Below are positions 31,690 to 44,043 of a stretch of 55,546 nucleotides of DNA, piece after piece. The stretch covers positions 62,001-117,546 of the forward strand of contig QPGO01000218.1 in assembly GCA_008632985.1 (NCBI GenBank), given 5' to 3'. This stretch comes from Psammoneis japonica. Its lineage: Eukaryota. Made by a program: the position numbers and the translations under genes. The notes under the pieces were generated by a model. That model searched no databases, had not been told where the DNA came from, and saw only the letters and a list, made by a program, of their open reading frames with translations. The number at the start of each line of letters is the position of its first letter. The stretch's first letter is position 1.

Positions 31690-33330
31690 AACGAGCAAGA
31701 ACATCATGACATGCATGCTGTCAACTCTTGGTGTCGGTGGCATGGTCGCGCTGCGACTCTCCCGGCACTGCAGCTGTGCTCACATTTGGGGAAATAGCAT
31801 GATTTTCTGAATTTCACTGTGGTGAAAATTGACAAGCACGCAACAAGCATGGTGGTGCACCAGGGTTTTGTTTCCTTGTCGCCCTCCCTCCTCGATGTTG
31901 CCTTCGTGCACACATCAAAGGCCAGGTGCTGCACCTTGGTGCAGAGCATGTTTTTGAGAACAGGACAAGCTGCCATCATGGGCAGATTGTCTGCACAAAC
32001 TGTTTTTGTTGCTTTGAACATGGGGGGCACTGCAAAAGGGGGCCCTTTTCTTTGACACTTTGTGGCTGTTTCTGAGAGTGCACATGCGGCGGGAAATGGC
32101 AACCACACACGCAACTTCTTGCACTGTCATTTCACTTGCAAAAATTCTCTTGCTGTTGTTGAGCAAAACAGTGCATTGTCTCTCTCAGTTTGGCCAGAGT
32201 TTGAGAAGAGGAGCTTGGTTCCCAGCTTCCAGGCTCTTTTGTCTGTGGCTTGAGTTGTCATCAAAGATTGACAAAAGTGCTGAACAGCAACCTCCACCTC
32301 ACTGCTGGGGTGCTGTTGGGGCACCACTTGCACAATGGCCCTGTGTGTGCAAAAGAGAACACCCCCAGAGAGAGAGACATGTTTGTTTTGTGGGCAGCCA
32401 AAGGAGAGGTTGTTGTGGCAGCAGGTTCACAAGAAAGCCAGCTGTCTTTGGGTTGATCAAGCTGCATTATTTTTGTCAGCAAGTGCCACACCATGATGTG
32501 TGTGCAGAAGGCTTGCAGCTCTGTGCACACAGCGTTGCAGAGAAAACTCTCAGCACTGCTGCACAAGTTTTTTGGCTGTGTTGTGCATGATGTGATTTTT
32601 GCAAATTCCCTCAACCTGAATGCTGATGCACATGTGCATGTAGTGCAGCACATTTTACACAACAACCAGCAGCCCACACAACTGTCAGCAAACACAGCAG
32701 GGGCAAAAGTTGTTGGCTCACCGAGAGGGGCAGGCCTCTGCTCCTGCCTCCTGCATCTGACTCAACCACCAGCACATGAGCCAATGGCACCGATGAAGTG
32801 AACAAACACTGATGCAGTAGAAAGGACACGCCAACACCTTCTTGTGGATAAGAGTGAGTGTAACAAAGCCAACGTGAACCCAATCGTTGCGCCTTGGTGC
32901 ATGAGATGCAGGCCTCTGCTCCTGCCTCCTGCGTCTGACTCAACCAGCACATGAGCCAATGGCACCGATGAAGTGAACAAACACTGATGCAGTAGAAAGG
33001 GCAAGCCAACACCTTCTTGTGGATAAGAGTGAGTGCAATGAAGCCAACGTGAACCCAATCGTTGCACCATGGTGCATGAGATGCAGGCCTCTGCTCCTCC
33101 TGCCTCCTGTGTCTCTGACTCAACCAGCACACGAGCCAATGGCACCGATGAAGTGAACAAACACTGATGCAGTAGAAAGGACAAGCCAACACCTTCTTGT
33201 GGATAAGAGTGAGTGTAATAAAGCCAACGTGAACCTAATCGTTGCGCCTTGGTGCATGAGATGCACCAACAAGGGTGGTGAGAATGACACGGTCACACAA
33301 GTGACGAGGGACAGACCACTGCTGGACCAC
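31690..33330. repeat. TpA-depleted degenerate repeat or TE remnant between TGS1 and the next gene
   Basis: Abrupt loss of TA, TG/CA-rich sequence, Cys/His-rich spurious ORFs. Contains a tandem array. Confidence 0.7.
32730..33265. repeat. Three tandem copies of a ~177-bp unit (starts 32730, 32908, 33083)
   Basis: The unit gcaggcctctgctcc...gagccaatggcaccgatgaagtgaacaaacactgatgcagtagaaagg...ggtgcatgagat occurs three times. Confidence 0.97.
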
Positions 33331-33455
33331 CCATTAATTTTTTGTCTCGTTCCTGGGGGGCGGAAGGGGTGAGGGGTGCAAAACAAAAAGGAAGAAGCGA
33401 TACTGTAGATAGAGTTACCATAGTTATCGATCAAGCCCCACTGGTGTCACTCGAA

Positions 33456-34772
33456 ATGGCCAAGGGCACCGCTAAGAAACGCCGTCAAGGCGAGACATGG
33501 ACTGGAGCGGATCATGCAACGCGCAAGGCGACCCAACAAGTCAAACGATCGACGGTCATGTCGTACAAGGATCGACGAGAGGCAGTCCTGGCTCGTGGCT
33601 CTCGTGACAAGATTGATGCTGGCAAACTAAGACTGCACATTTCCAAGACACAACGTGAGGTGGATCGTTTGCGAGAAAGACTTAGAGCTTGGGATGACGT
33701 GGAGGAGGAGAAAGAAAGATTGTTTCAGCTTGAAAAAGAGAAAAATCAAATAGCGGAAGAACCGTCAAAGAAAAAGAAGCGTGGACGACTTGGACCGGAA
33801 ACTTGGAAGCTGCGAGGAGCCGCACGTCCCGCGTGGGAAGTTTATGATTTTGACACTCGTTACAAAGACCCACACTTAGTAGAGCATGAAGAACACCAAC
33901 AAAAGTGTGCAAGAAGCAGAAATATACTTGTACTCTATAAGGGAAGACTCGGACAAGAAAATGTTGATGGCTTACCGCAGCCGCAAGGGAGAAAATATTT
34001 GGCGCTCTTGATGCAGCTGGGGATGTTGTGTCTGCAGGCAAAGAAATTCAAGGCTGCTCGGGGGACGTTCTTGGAATGCATGGATTTGGACGGTGCGGAT
34101 TCTCCCATTACCACAGCTCGATGCCAGCTTATGCGAATGTATATGGAAGCAAATCGACCAGACTCGGCACGGCGGTTGTGGGAGCGACTGCCCGACACGG
34201 ACTCTTCTGTGTGGATCCGATATTCCGCAGCACTTGTGGAATTCGTCAGTTGGAAGCTACTACAGGAAGAAGGCAGTACCAAGGAGAGCGCAGAAAAGCT
34301 TCTGGCAATGGCAATTCGTGCCAATGTCTTTTGCGCATATTACATTGCGCACCATGAAACATTCGAACGTGTAATGGAATACACAGAAGAAATCCAGGAC
34401 GCACCGGAAGATACGCTCGAAGAAGCTGTTGAATACTGTTGCAGTGAGCAAATGGGGGCCTGGGTCGGTACCGAAGGTGCGATCGAATGGCTTCGACAGA
34501 TTATCCTTCAGACTCTCAATGACGTGCCAAGTAGTCTGGATGGCATTGGTAGTGCTCTCACCGTTCAGGATTTGGATTGGAATAGTAAGCTAAAGAAAAT
34601 GGAGGATAATTTCGAGGCATCAGCGAAGGCAGCCACCGAGCAAGAAGCATCGAGAGGAACGGAGGACGAGGAGAGCGAGGAGCTAGACTTGTTAATGTAT
34701 ACAGGGATGTTTCGCACTGCAATGGACATGCTTGAAGACGCTGGTGCTTTTGTCGACGATTTGCGGCGGTAG
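33456..34772 (+). CDS. Uncharacterised protein with a basic/coiled-coil N-terminus and a TPR-like helical region
   Basis: Long clean ORF of normal composition starting MAKGTAKKRR. The LMQLGMLCLQAKKFKAARGTFLECMDLD segment looks like TPR helices. Confidence 0.75.
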   Translation: MAKGTAKKRRQGETWTGADHATRKATQQVKRSTVMSYKDRREAVLARGSRDKIDAGKLRLHISKTQREVDRLRERLRAWDDVEEEKERLFQLEKEKNQIAEEPSKKKKRGRLGPETWKLRGAARPAWEVYDFDTRYKDPHLVEHEEHQQKCARSRNILVLYKGRLGQENVDGLPQPQGRKYLALLMQLGMLCLQAKKFKAARGTFLECMDLDGADSPITTARCQLMRMYMEANRPDSARRLWERLPDTDSSVWIRYSAALVEFVSWKLLQEEGSTKESAEKLLAMAIRANVFCAYYIAHHETFERVMEYTEEIQDAPEDTLEEAVEYCCSEQMGAWVGTEGAIEWLRQIILQTLNDVPSSLDGIGSALTVQDLDWNSKLKKMEDNFEASAKAATEQEASRGTEDEESEELDLLMYTGMFRTAMDMLEDAGAFVDDLRR

Positions 34773-34842
34773 GCAGTCGAGATGACGATAGTGAAAAGAA
34801 TAAAAAATAGCATCATGATGATTAGAATCGGAGAACAACGAG

Positions 34843-36873
34843 CTATTGTTTAGACTGTTGTGGTTTCCAAAGTGCAAGGTCAATAAGCTTGTTTGAGAGT
34901 ATGCTCTTCGGATCAAATTCAGCACGGGCGGCATTAAACTGATGCACAGGGTAGCGATTACGCAAAGTGTCTTGCAAGTCCATAAGCGACCACACCGTAC
35001 TGGGTAGTTCCAACTTGGCCCAATGGCTAACAGCGTTCACGGGGTTTCCGACGTCCCGGAGCAAATCACAATACTGACCCTTGAAGCGCCTGGTAATCTC
35101 ACGTCGCTGCTTTTCATCTTCCGACGGCAAGTACATAATGATTCCAACCCACGAATGTAGCCCGTCCGGAGGCCCATGAGCCGGGGACATGTGCGAGGAT
35201 GATGATGACGTCCAGCGCTGCTCAATTGGTGAATGTGCGGGAATTCCCGCATCCTCGATACCAGACAGTAATCTCTCCATAAAGATCATATCATCCCCGT
35301 TGCTTTCAGAAGCCTTCCCTGTAGGAAAGCAAACCTCCCACACCCATTGCTGTTGGCATATGAGTTGAGGTGAAATGTATGTAAGGCAAAGCTGTGCCAC
35401 ACATCAAATCGTTTTTAATGTATTGAAAAAACTTACCTGACCACCGCAGTCAAACTGAAGAAGTTGATCGCTGGGCTTCGTTTGGTATCCTTCACTTCGA
35501 CGCCAAAACTCGGCCTCTGCCATATTGCACCGTTTCACGTGATCAACATTAAGTGGATCAACTGCCAGAAGTGCGTCTCGAAGCTCGCCAAATCCCATTC
35601 CCTGCATGGATTCGTTGGTATATGGTTCTGCTGTTCTAGCGGATAACTTCTGCAGTAAGCTTCTGAGGGGTTCAAAACGACTTTTTTCATCCGACGCTGT
35701 ATTTCTTGGGACTTGCGTGTCAACAGTGTCTTCTGGATCATTCGTTACGACAACAACCGCATCCGCATAAGGCACCCACATATAGCGAACGTGCTTGTGA
35801 GCCTTCAACAGTGAGTTTAGCCGAGCCTTTGCATCCTTTCTCGTCAATACATAGGTATGCTCAACGAGTTGGTGGGCAGGGATGACTTGCATGGTTACTT
35901 CCGCAACGACACCAAGACAGCCCAATCCTACTTTCGCTAGTTGGAAGAGTTCCCCGTCGTCAGCGGTGAGCTCGACCGTCCTCGACCCGGTGTGACCAAT
36001 TTGAGCTTCGTCACATACTCATCGACTGGAGCAATACGTGCGCCAGTTCCATGTGCACCAACCTGGACAAACCCTCCCATTTGCTGTTCTGCAATGCTTG
36101 CAAGGTTTGGAAGAGTAAGGCCGTGAGATCGGAGGGCGTCCACCACCTATATGGTAGCAGTGCTTGACTAAGATTCAATTCTGATTAAGGAAAGACTATG
36201 TAAAGTTCCTGTGGGTACGTACCTGGCTAACACGAGCTCCCGCTTGAACAGTGACAGTCATGTTTTCCTTGTTCACATTGATGATTCTGTCCAAGTTGGA
36301 CAGACAAACCATACCACCGGCTCGAAAACCAATCCCATTGGGGCTTAATGCTGAACCCAATGGCCTGAGAGGTTTCCCTTCTTCATTGCACTTTCTTACA
36401 ATGTTTTCCAATTCCTCAATCGTTTCCGGCTCCCAGTAGTTCTCGTTGGCAACGTGAACCGCATGAGTACCACTCCAATTCAACAACATCGTAGTTTCAT
36501 CTTCCTCGTCTCGTTCGTGTATCTCTTTGCTGTTGCTAGGTGATGTTTCCCCTTCGGTTGACTTCCCGTCACGGATATTGATTGACCCTTCCAGAGCAGT
36601 GTCATATCGCATTGGAAGGAAAGCTGCCGAAGCTGCGAGAAGTCCCGCACCCATCAGTAGATTGCTAAAGTCCATCGTGGAGTGATTATCATGGTTCCCG
36701 CGACAGCTAGATTTTGAAGGTAATGTATGAACAGCAAAGAGTCCTTTGTTACAATTTTGTAGAAGATATTGATTCAGCCTAGGGATTGTATGCTGACCAC
36801 TGCGATACCTTGGCGCGGAAATGCCAGACAAGGGTAGGCCACGCCGCGTTGACAGTCTAACTGATGTTGTCAT
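34843..36873 (-). CDS. GLDH: L-galactono-1,4-lactone dehydrogenase (ascorbate synthesis, mitochondrial)
   Basis: NWSGTH, RPLGSALSPNG, LPNLASIAEQQMGGFVQVGAHGTGA, FDCGGQQWV, IPAHSPIEQRW, SWVGIIMYLP and HWAKLE. Introns at 36147-36222 and 35350-35436. Frameshift near 35979. Confidence 0.94.
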
Positions 36874-37287
36874 CTGAACGCTCTACGCTTTCCTCCTAAG
36901 AATTCCTGTTGAAATCTTTTGAAGAAAAGCTTAAGCACGAGGTTCCCTCACAGTAATGCGTCGTTACTGTTGCTTTTGCAAGTCGAAGGCTTAAAGCTTC
37001 TAGTAGAGAAACGCAACGGAGAGAGGAGAGAGAGCGATGAGGTTGGTACACGCTAGAGATAGAATGGCGTGATGTGTGTGATGTGCGGTGATTTTCTGGA
37101 TTTTTTGCTGATGCGATTTGGATGATGATTCCTTCACTGACGTGATCGCGCGCATCGAGTGTCTTTTTTGCAGCGAGCATGAAGGGTGGTGGGTGCTGTA
37201 CACTGCATGTATTAATAGCGTTGGCTTATTGATTGTGCTGGTGTTGGACCAAAGTGAAAGGGGGTGCCTGGGCTTGAGTTCTCGATT

Positions 37288-38115
37288 ATGAATACGAATG
37301 TAGTTGACGGCGACGCCAGCAAGAACAACCTGCTTCAGACCTTGATAGAGACATGTGACTCCATAACAAAAACAGCACTGTCGTGTCGCACCCTGCTTGG
37401 GAGTCGAAAACAGAATGTTACGAAATTGGAAAACGTCGGATCTGTATATCAGCAGCAGTTGGAGCTCGAACGGTGGCTCGAAGGAAACATTCTGGACTAT
37501 CGTGCGGCTATTGCTCGGCTCTCGGAACACGACGAAGAACAAAGGAGCAGGATGGACAACGGAAGGCGGGGCCAAGGAGACGCTATTCTCCGAGAAAGAA
37601 TCCATCGACTTGAGGACGAGCTGCTTACAGAGTCGTCCTGTCGGCAGGAGAAAATTCTGCTTACAAGGCTGGAAAGGGCCTCAACCGCACAGCAAGCGGT
37701 CAAGTTGCGGCAGAACGATGGATGAAGGAGTCTCCGAGGTTCGTCCTACTAGTAGCGAGTTTTATGATCAAGCGGAAAGCAAGAGGAAGCTTCGCCACGA
37801 GGCGCTAAAAAGCCGCGACGGCCAGGTTAGCACAGCACTGGACAAATTGCGTCGTGTGCATGCGATGAACAAGCAACTAAAATCTCTTGAAGGCACGAGG
37901 CAAGCGCTACAAAAAGGAAGCAGGGAGCTTTGGTATCAAAGATGTCTTCACTTTCCAGAGAAACGATCAGATTATCCAATGACGAGACGGAGGGACAAAT
38001 TGAGAAGGAGAACAAGATGTTAAGACGCGCGTTATCAGATATTATGGTGGGAAGCAGCCTGGATTGGTACTGCGATGAAAGACTAAGGAACACCATGATG
38101 AGACTAGAAGGATGA
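37288..38115 (+). CDS. Coiled-coil protein with a CENP-H/Mcm16-like C-terminus (two apparent frameshifts)
   Basis: Three overlapping coiled-coil ORFs join to about 275 aa, ending LRRALSDIMVGSSLDWYCDERLRNTMMRL, which resembles the CENP-H C-terminal LILGSxxxWxxDxxL motif. Confidence 0.55.
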
Positions 38116-38181
38116 CTATACCCCAAAACTTGTCATACTTCAATCTCTATATAACAAACTCTAAGGGTGTAAAACTCAAGT

Positions 38182-41100
38182 CTATCGTTCCGGTCGTGCG
38201 GAAAAATCTGCCAACTTTAAGTTGCGACATTCGAAAGAATACGAGGAAAACTTCACCGAGATATCTCCGACCAATGGCAAGCGCGGCTTTTCAGGGTTCT
38301 CAAAACAAAGCGGTTTCAGGAGAGCCTTCTGATCTTCTTCGCAAAGGAACTTTACGATCATGCGAACAATCCCGAGACTGGATCCATCACCAAATCTTGA
38401 GCAAACCACTGACAAATCTTGGGAAGCAACACGGAAACACCGAAGCCATTGCTTCGCGTTGAGACTTGAACACTGCCTTGGAGATATGATGCTGACGCTT
38501 GATTCAATTGTTCTTCAAGATATGCAGCCTTGTAGATGGGTACGGAGGCAGGATTACTTCTGGATCCGCAGTTGAGTGCAAAATTTATCCTGTAGTCTGC
38601 TTGAGTGAGGGCGAACCGAAATTGCGACTTGGGAAGGACGAACTTGGATATGAACTGAGACGGGTAGTTCATGGATGCCCTGATAATGTTGTGCTCCAAT
38701 TCTGTCAACGAGAAGATATCGTCTGAGCACTGGTAAGCCACCATGTTGAAATAATTCAACCACTTGAAGGCTGAATCGGGAGTACCCAAGGCAAGGAATG
38801 CGTGCATTATCATGACATGGTAGAGATTTAGGAAGAAGGCCAGCTTTTCTCTTTCGTTCAAAACATTCACGTCGACTTCCTTTAGTCGCGCTGTACTATT
38901 GAGAAATGCCACCAGTTTGTGCGCTTGTGAGTCTACTTTCGGGTCTAACGCTCGTACCAAAGCATCCTCTACCACAGCCGCCGCGCTTAAACCCTTGCAC
39001 GCCGCAGTGAAAGAAAATTTTCGGCAATTCAAAATTCGCCGCTGTTTACAGCTCCACAGAGAGCTCTTGTGAAGGTACTCTTCTGTTGGATCGTCAACAC
39101 TAAAGAGGATATCCGAGTTGACACTTCTTTTCTCTTCCGTTTCTTTTGTAGCTGCCGATTTCCCACGCCGAGCCTTATTATTCGAGTTAGACGACTTGAC
39201 TTTGAGAATTTGCGACATCAGTTGATTTCGTTCAGACTCTCCCGCGAACATAAGATAGATGGTTCGACCTATCGTTTCGATTGCAAGAAAGCTGTACCGC
39301 GGGAAACAAGGGCATTCCTCCGTTGCAAGTCTCGCGACGTTGACAATGCTCTTCAGAGACATGCGAAAGTTTGGTTTGTTCTTTGTGGGTTGATAAAACG
39401 ATAAGTGTCGGTCAGTGAGCTGAACCCATTCTTCAATCCAGTGATGCTCGCTGAGTGCACGGGCACAGTAACCTGAAGCAAGAACCGGTCGCGACGTATT
39501 TGCTGGAGACACCGGCTTTTTTAGAAAAAGCGAATCCATGTCCGTCCTCAACTTCTTGAATCGATTAGCTTCACCAGTCACTCCTAAGGAGTTTTGAATC
39601 GATGAGTCGGCAATCATTTGACCCATGATGCGCCTTCCTCGTTCCAACGATGACATGCGTGGGGAACAGAATGCTCCTACCGCCTTCTTCTCTATGTCTG
39701 CATTAAAAATGTTCTCAAATTGTGATACGGTACGAAAGACAGTCTCTGACCCTTGATGTAAATTGAAAGCATAAGTAGTGATGTACTTGCCCTTGGAGGA
39801 GGAAAAATCTCGACCCATGCAGGACAGAAAAAGTCCAAGTCCACCATTGACAGAGTCTCTGGTGTCGAATCTTTCGCCGTTGTTTGTACCGAGTCAAAGT
39901 AAAACAGTTCATCATCTTCGACACCGAGGCTAGCATCCCCAGCTTCGTTAGTATCAAAGAAACGAGTAAGATCGCTGTCTGACTCTCCTCTGTCCGTGAA
40001 ATCCGCACCGCTCTCTTGCCTGTCGAGAGTCGACAGCTGTCCAAAGGATGTTGCTGATCTTGCCAAAGGCCTAGCCTTGCCCCACGGTAGAATATCCTCT
40101 GTTTCCGATTCCGATTCTTCCCCTTCGTCATGCATGACATGGTGTCCCAGGAACTTCATCTACCGTTATAGAGAACATTGTTGGCCAATAGGTGTAATTG
40201 TTTACAATGCACCAGCCATAGCAAACAACAACACTCACCTGCAAGTCAAATATATATTTGTTCTCGTTTCTAACGTGCCTTTCTTCTTTGGACACGGGTT
40301 TCTCATACATAACAATACTAAGAAAAGAGCTCCCCCAGAACGTTCTAAGGTCAAGGTCCTTTGTGACTGGGAGGTTGACGACACGCCAGTCTGGGATATC
40401 TAGATACATGCTATAAAAAGCGAAGGAATACGTGTCGTTCACGTTCCAATTTCCTTCACTTCTTCCTGCCTTCCTAGCAGCTTTCGAAGACTTTGTCTCC
40501 TGGAATATCTCGTTTATCGGAGGCGGGGTCTCACCCGATTTCGTAACAATGACATCATCAAAGAACTGCCAAGCGGGAAAAACTATTCTCGCAGCTTCAA
40601 CGCCTTTGCTGTCACCGAAGGAATAGTTTAAGTCGCTATTGAAACTTCGAACAAGGTTAAGTAAGACACTGCACATCCTTTGGGGAAAAAAGGAAACAGA
40701 TGATGAGGAGCTCCTGCGAGAATCGATTGGTTGGTAGTCGTGACCAAAGCAATTGACATACCCTTTTCCAACCAAGCCTAGTTTCATTTGATCTGATACT
40801 TCCCCGCCAGCATACACTGTGCCCTTTGGGACGTACTTGAATTTCCCCTGAAGCTGACATATAAGCTAATGAATTGGCCAACCGAGCAAAGAAATGTGCG
40901 TGAGTTTTTCATTAGTGGCAGTACATCATTCTCCTCAGTGCGAGACCTTCAAACTTACGCGTCGTTTTTTCTTTGAAAAGATCTTTTCGTTATAATATGA
41001 ATCATCCGTTGGGTCGGGAGGCCGTAAGACAATCAGCAGCTTTCCAACAAAAAGATCGGTTTCCACGGGAACGCCGACCCTTGAGTTCAGAGGGAAATCC

Positions 41101-41759
41101 ATCTTTTGACCGTCTTTCTGGGTGATCGTCACAGCAAGAGACGGGAACTTCGGCGGAATCGAATCCTCTGTCGTACTCTTTCCTGGCTTAGTGGATCTTC
41201 CGTCGAGAGCAGGGTTAACTGAATCAGTGTCAATGAATGTCTCTATGCCCTTCTTCCCTTCAGTTTCCACAGCCAGGTCTGGATTTGCAAACATGGACGC
41301 TACAGCCAACCTTCCTTCAGCAGTAGCAAGAATGTCGCCTGTAACCAAGAGCAGATCTGCCCCGCCATTCAGACGAATTGCAGCACAGAACAATTCGACA
41401 GATGACAAAGAGAAAGACGAGGCGAATCTCACTAACGAAGCATCTCGACTTTTGCATCTTGCAACGACGTCACGGATGTCGTCATCTTTAACAACCAGCA
41501 TCCCAGAAGGCATAAAGGTTTCAGATACTGTCAATGTATATTCTCGGAAGACGATGAAAAGTATAAGCCCACCAGTAGATTGAAGATCATCAGTTTGTTC
41601 CACTAACACCGCGGCGGATGCATCACTGTCGCGCGATTCAAGAACAAACTTTTCGGGGAAAAGAAACATTATCATTTCCGCATCAGACTGGGGTTGCTTT
41701 GATTCCAGGGTGATCACATTATGTCGAGCCTCAGCAGATTGATTAACCCCCATAGCCAT
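38182..41759 (-). CDS. DUF1769 + PH-like + DUF547 domain protein (spliced, apparent frameshifts)
   Basis: PVETDLFVGKLLIVLRP...FSKKKRR and YSFAFYSMYLDIPDW (DUF1769-like); EKLAFFLNLYHVMIMHA...FSLTELEHNIIR...DYRINFALNCGSRSNP (DUF547-like). Start codon uncertain. Confidence 0.8.
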
Positions 41760-42436
41760 GATAATCAGCAAGAGCTATCGCGTCGACTGTTCAGTAGTAC
41801 CACACACGCGACAAAGAGAGTAGAAGAGTACTTCACTTCCGTAAAATATAAGGAGAGGTGAAGTTACGGTAGTCTCTCTAGAGGTACTCCTTGGGCACAG
41901 TACATACAGATCTCTTTTCGGCGTGCACTCCCAGCTTGGGCTGATCGGCGTGGCGAAACTCTCGTACGGGCGGTATGTACCGTAAATCGCGCAGGTTCCG
42001 GTATGCACTGTACGTACATGCACGACTTACGTCATTTCTTCCCCGTGCCCTCGCCCACGATTGCATACTCGTGACATTTTCTTCATTTCCCTGATTGACT
42101 GAAGATAAATTATTTTATAAGAAATGAAAATAAAATAAGCGCATTTCCGCTACCCAACCACCACCAAATCAAAATCGCCTCGACGTGCACGGAGCGGATC
42201 GGAGCGCCACGTTGAACTTTCCTTCCAACTTCCAACCACCACGTAAATTGAAATCCTTCTGAAAGGTCGCAGCGCAGTTCGCAGTCATCACAACATACAT
42301 ACAACACAGGCCACAACACACATTGCGTTGTGTTGCGAGTCACTTCAATTACATGTGTAAAACCACAGCAGCAGAGACATCTAGCGACAGAAAGGACTTG
42401 TCTGCAAGAATAGGAGCCGCCACGACGAATCCTGGA

Positions 42437-44043
42437 ATGCGAAGGGGAAAACGCGACAAAGAAGGCAAGTTTGTGCCTCCTACAAAGAAACCAGGGCGGA
42501 GTCGCATTAAGAAGAAATCAAAGTCGCTTCAAAAGCACGGGTCTGATGGCAAATCAGGTGGTATAGAAGCGTTGATACCCTCCTTGATCGGTGTTGTAAT
42601 TCTTGTGGTGTCAGCCATGGCAAAACTGGGTTTTCGTGGACGAGCTTCTGTCGCCGGTGTTGACCTTGGAACTACTAACAGCGTTATTTGTGTTCAACAG
42701 CCGTCGAAAACTGTTGGCGAGATCGTGTGTATGCCCGACCCCAATAGCGGTTCGCCTATCATTCCATCGGTTATTTCCTTCCTGGAGCACCCCGATAGAA
42801 CCGGCAGAAATGACAAAAAAGTACCGCTTCTGGATCCGCATCCTTCTCAAGTTGTCGTTGGTCGTGAAGCCAAACATCGCATCGACACACATCCACACCA
42901 TACATTATACAACGCCAAGCGTGTTCTTGGTAGATCTTTCACGGATGATGCGGTCCGGGACTTACGCAATGAAGTCGAGTTCGAAATCATACGTGAAATC
43001 GAGGAAAGTGACTTGGACTCTACCTCTGACAGAGGCGGCGTGATGTTTCGGGTACCGCATCATCACAACTCTGAGTTGTCCTCCATACTACTGAAGCCTC
43101 AGCAAGTGGGGTCTTACATCGTACATCACCTTATTGAAATCACGAAACTCAATTTAGGTCATGAGAACGTCAAGGCTGCGGTGATTGCAGTTCCAGCTAA
43201 ATTCAATTCTTATCAGCGTCAAATGACCGTGGAAGCATTTAAGATAGCCGGCGTGACGGTTTCGCGAATACTGGAGGAACCAACCGCAGCCGCCTTAGCG
43301 TATGGCCTCGACAAAAAAGAAAACGTGGACTACATACTAGTCTATGATTTTGGGGGTGGGACGCTCGATGTGAGCATACTCCATGTTAGCAACGACGGCT
43401 TCGTTGATGTCATGGGCAGCGATGGCGACGATCGACTTGGTGGTGCCGATTTTGATGCTGCCGTCGCACACTTTTTGCTTAGGAATCAGGGCGGCCAAGA
43501 TGTGGTGGATCGAGTGGCGAAGATCCTGGGACAGTTTGAGATCCAGTTTCAAGTTTCCGATTCCGGTGATGTGGAAGAGGCGTTGGATGAGGCTTGCCCA
43601 GTGTTAAGAAACGTGTCGCTTTGTACAGTTTCCTCGTTTCATACTCTTGGGGAGAAAATGAAAGTAGAACTTTCTTCATATCCAAATGAAAACGTGGAAG
43701 TCCGCGCTGAATGCTTAAGCCCTCCAATTCAGAGCTCCATGCCTGCCACATTGGCGGACTTTTGTGAATCGCTACGATCCTATCCATTATCACTGACAAG
43801 CTTGCAGTACAATGACCTTGCACGACCCCTTATTTGACAGGTCCAAGCTCCCTATCGAGAGGCTGCTGGACGATTTGGGCTTGCGTAAAGAAGAAATCGA
43901 TGAAGTGGTGATGGTAGGTGGTACAACACGAATGCCACAGATACGAGAGTTGGTGAAAGAGGTGTTGGTCATGGAAACTCTCAATACCCACATCGATCCC
44001 GATTTTGACAGTCGCGTACGGTGCAGCATCAGTAATTGATTAA
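42437..44043 (+). CDS. Membrane-anchored Hsp70 ATPase-domain-only protein (HSPA13/STCH-like)
   Basis: TM segment, then [48 protein letters not shown] and [11 protein letters not shown]. Ends at [17 protein letters not shown] after correcting 1-bp insertions near 43830 and 44005. No substrate-binding domain. Confidence 0.88.

Noticed and set aside
32730..33265. CRISPR-like array
   Set aside because: The units are ~177 bp and homologous along their whole length, with no unique spacers and no cas genes, in a eukaryotic context.
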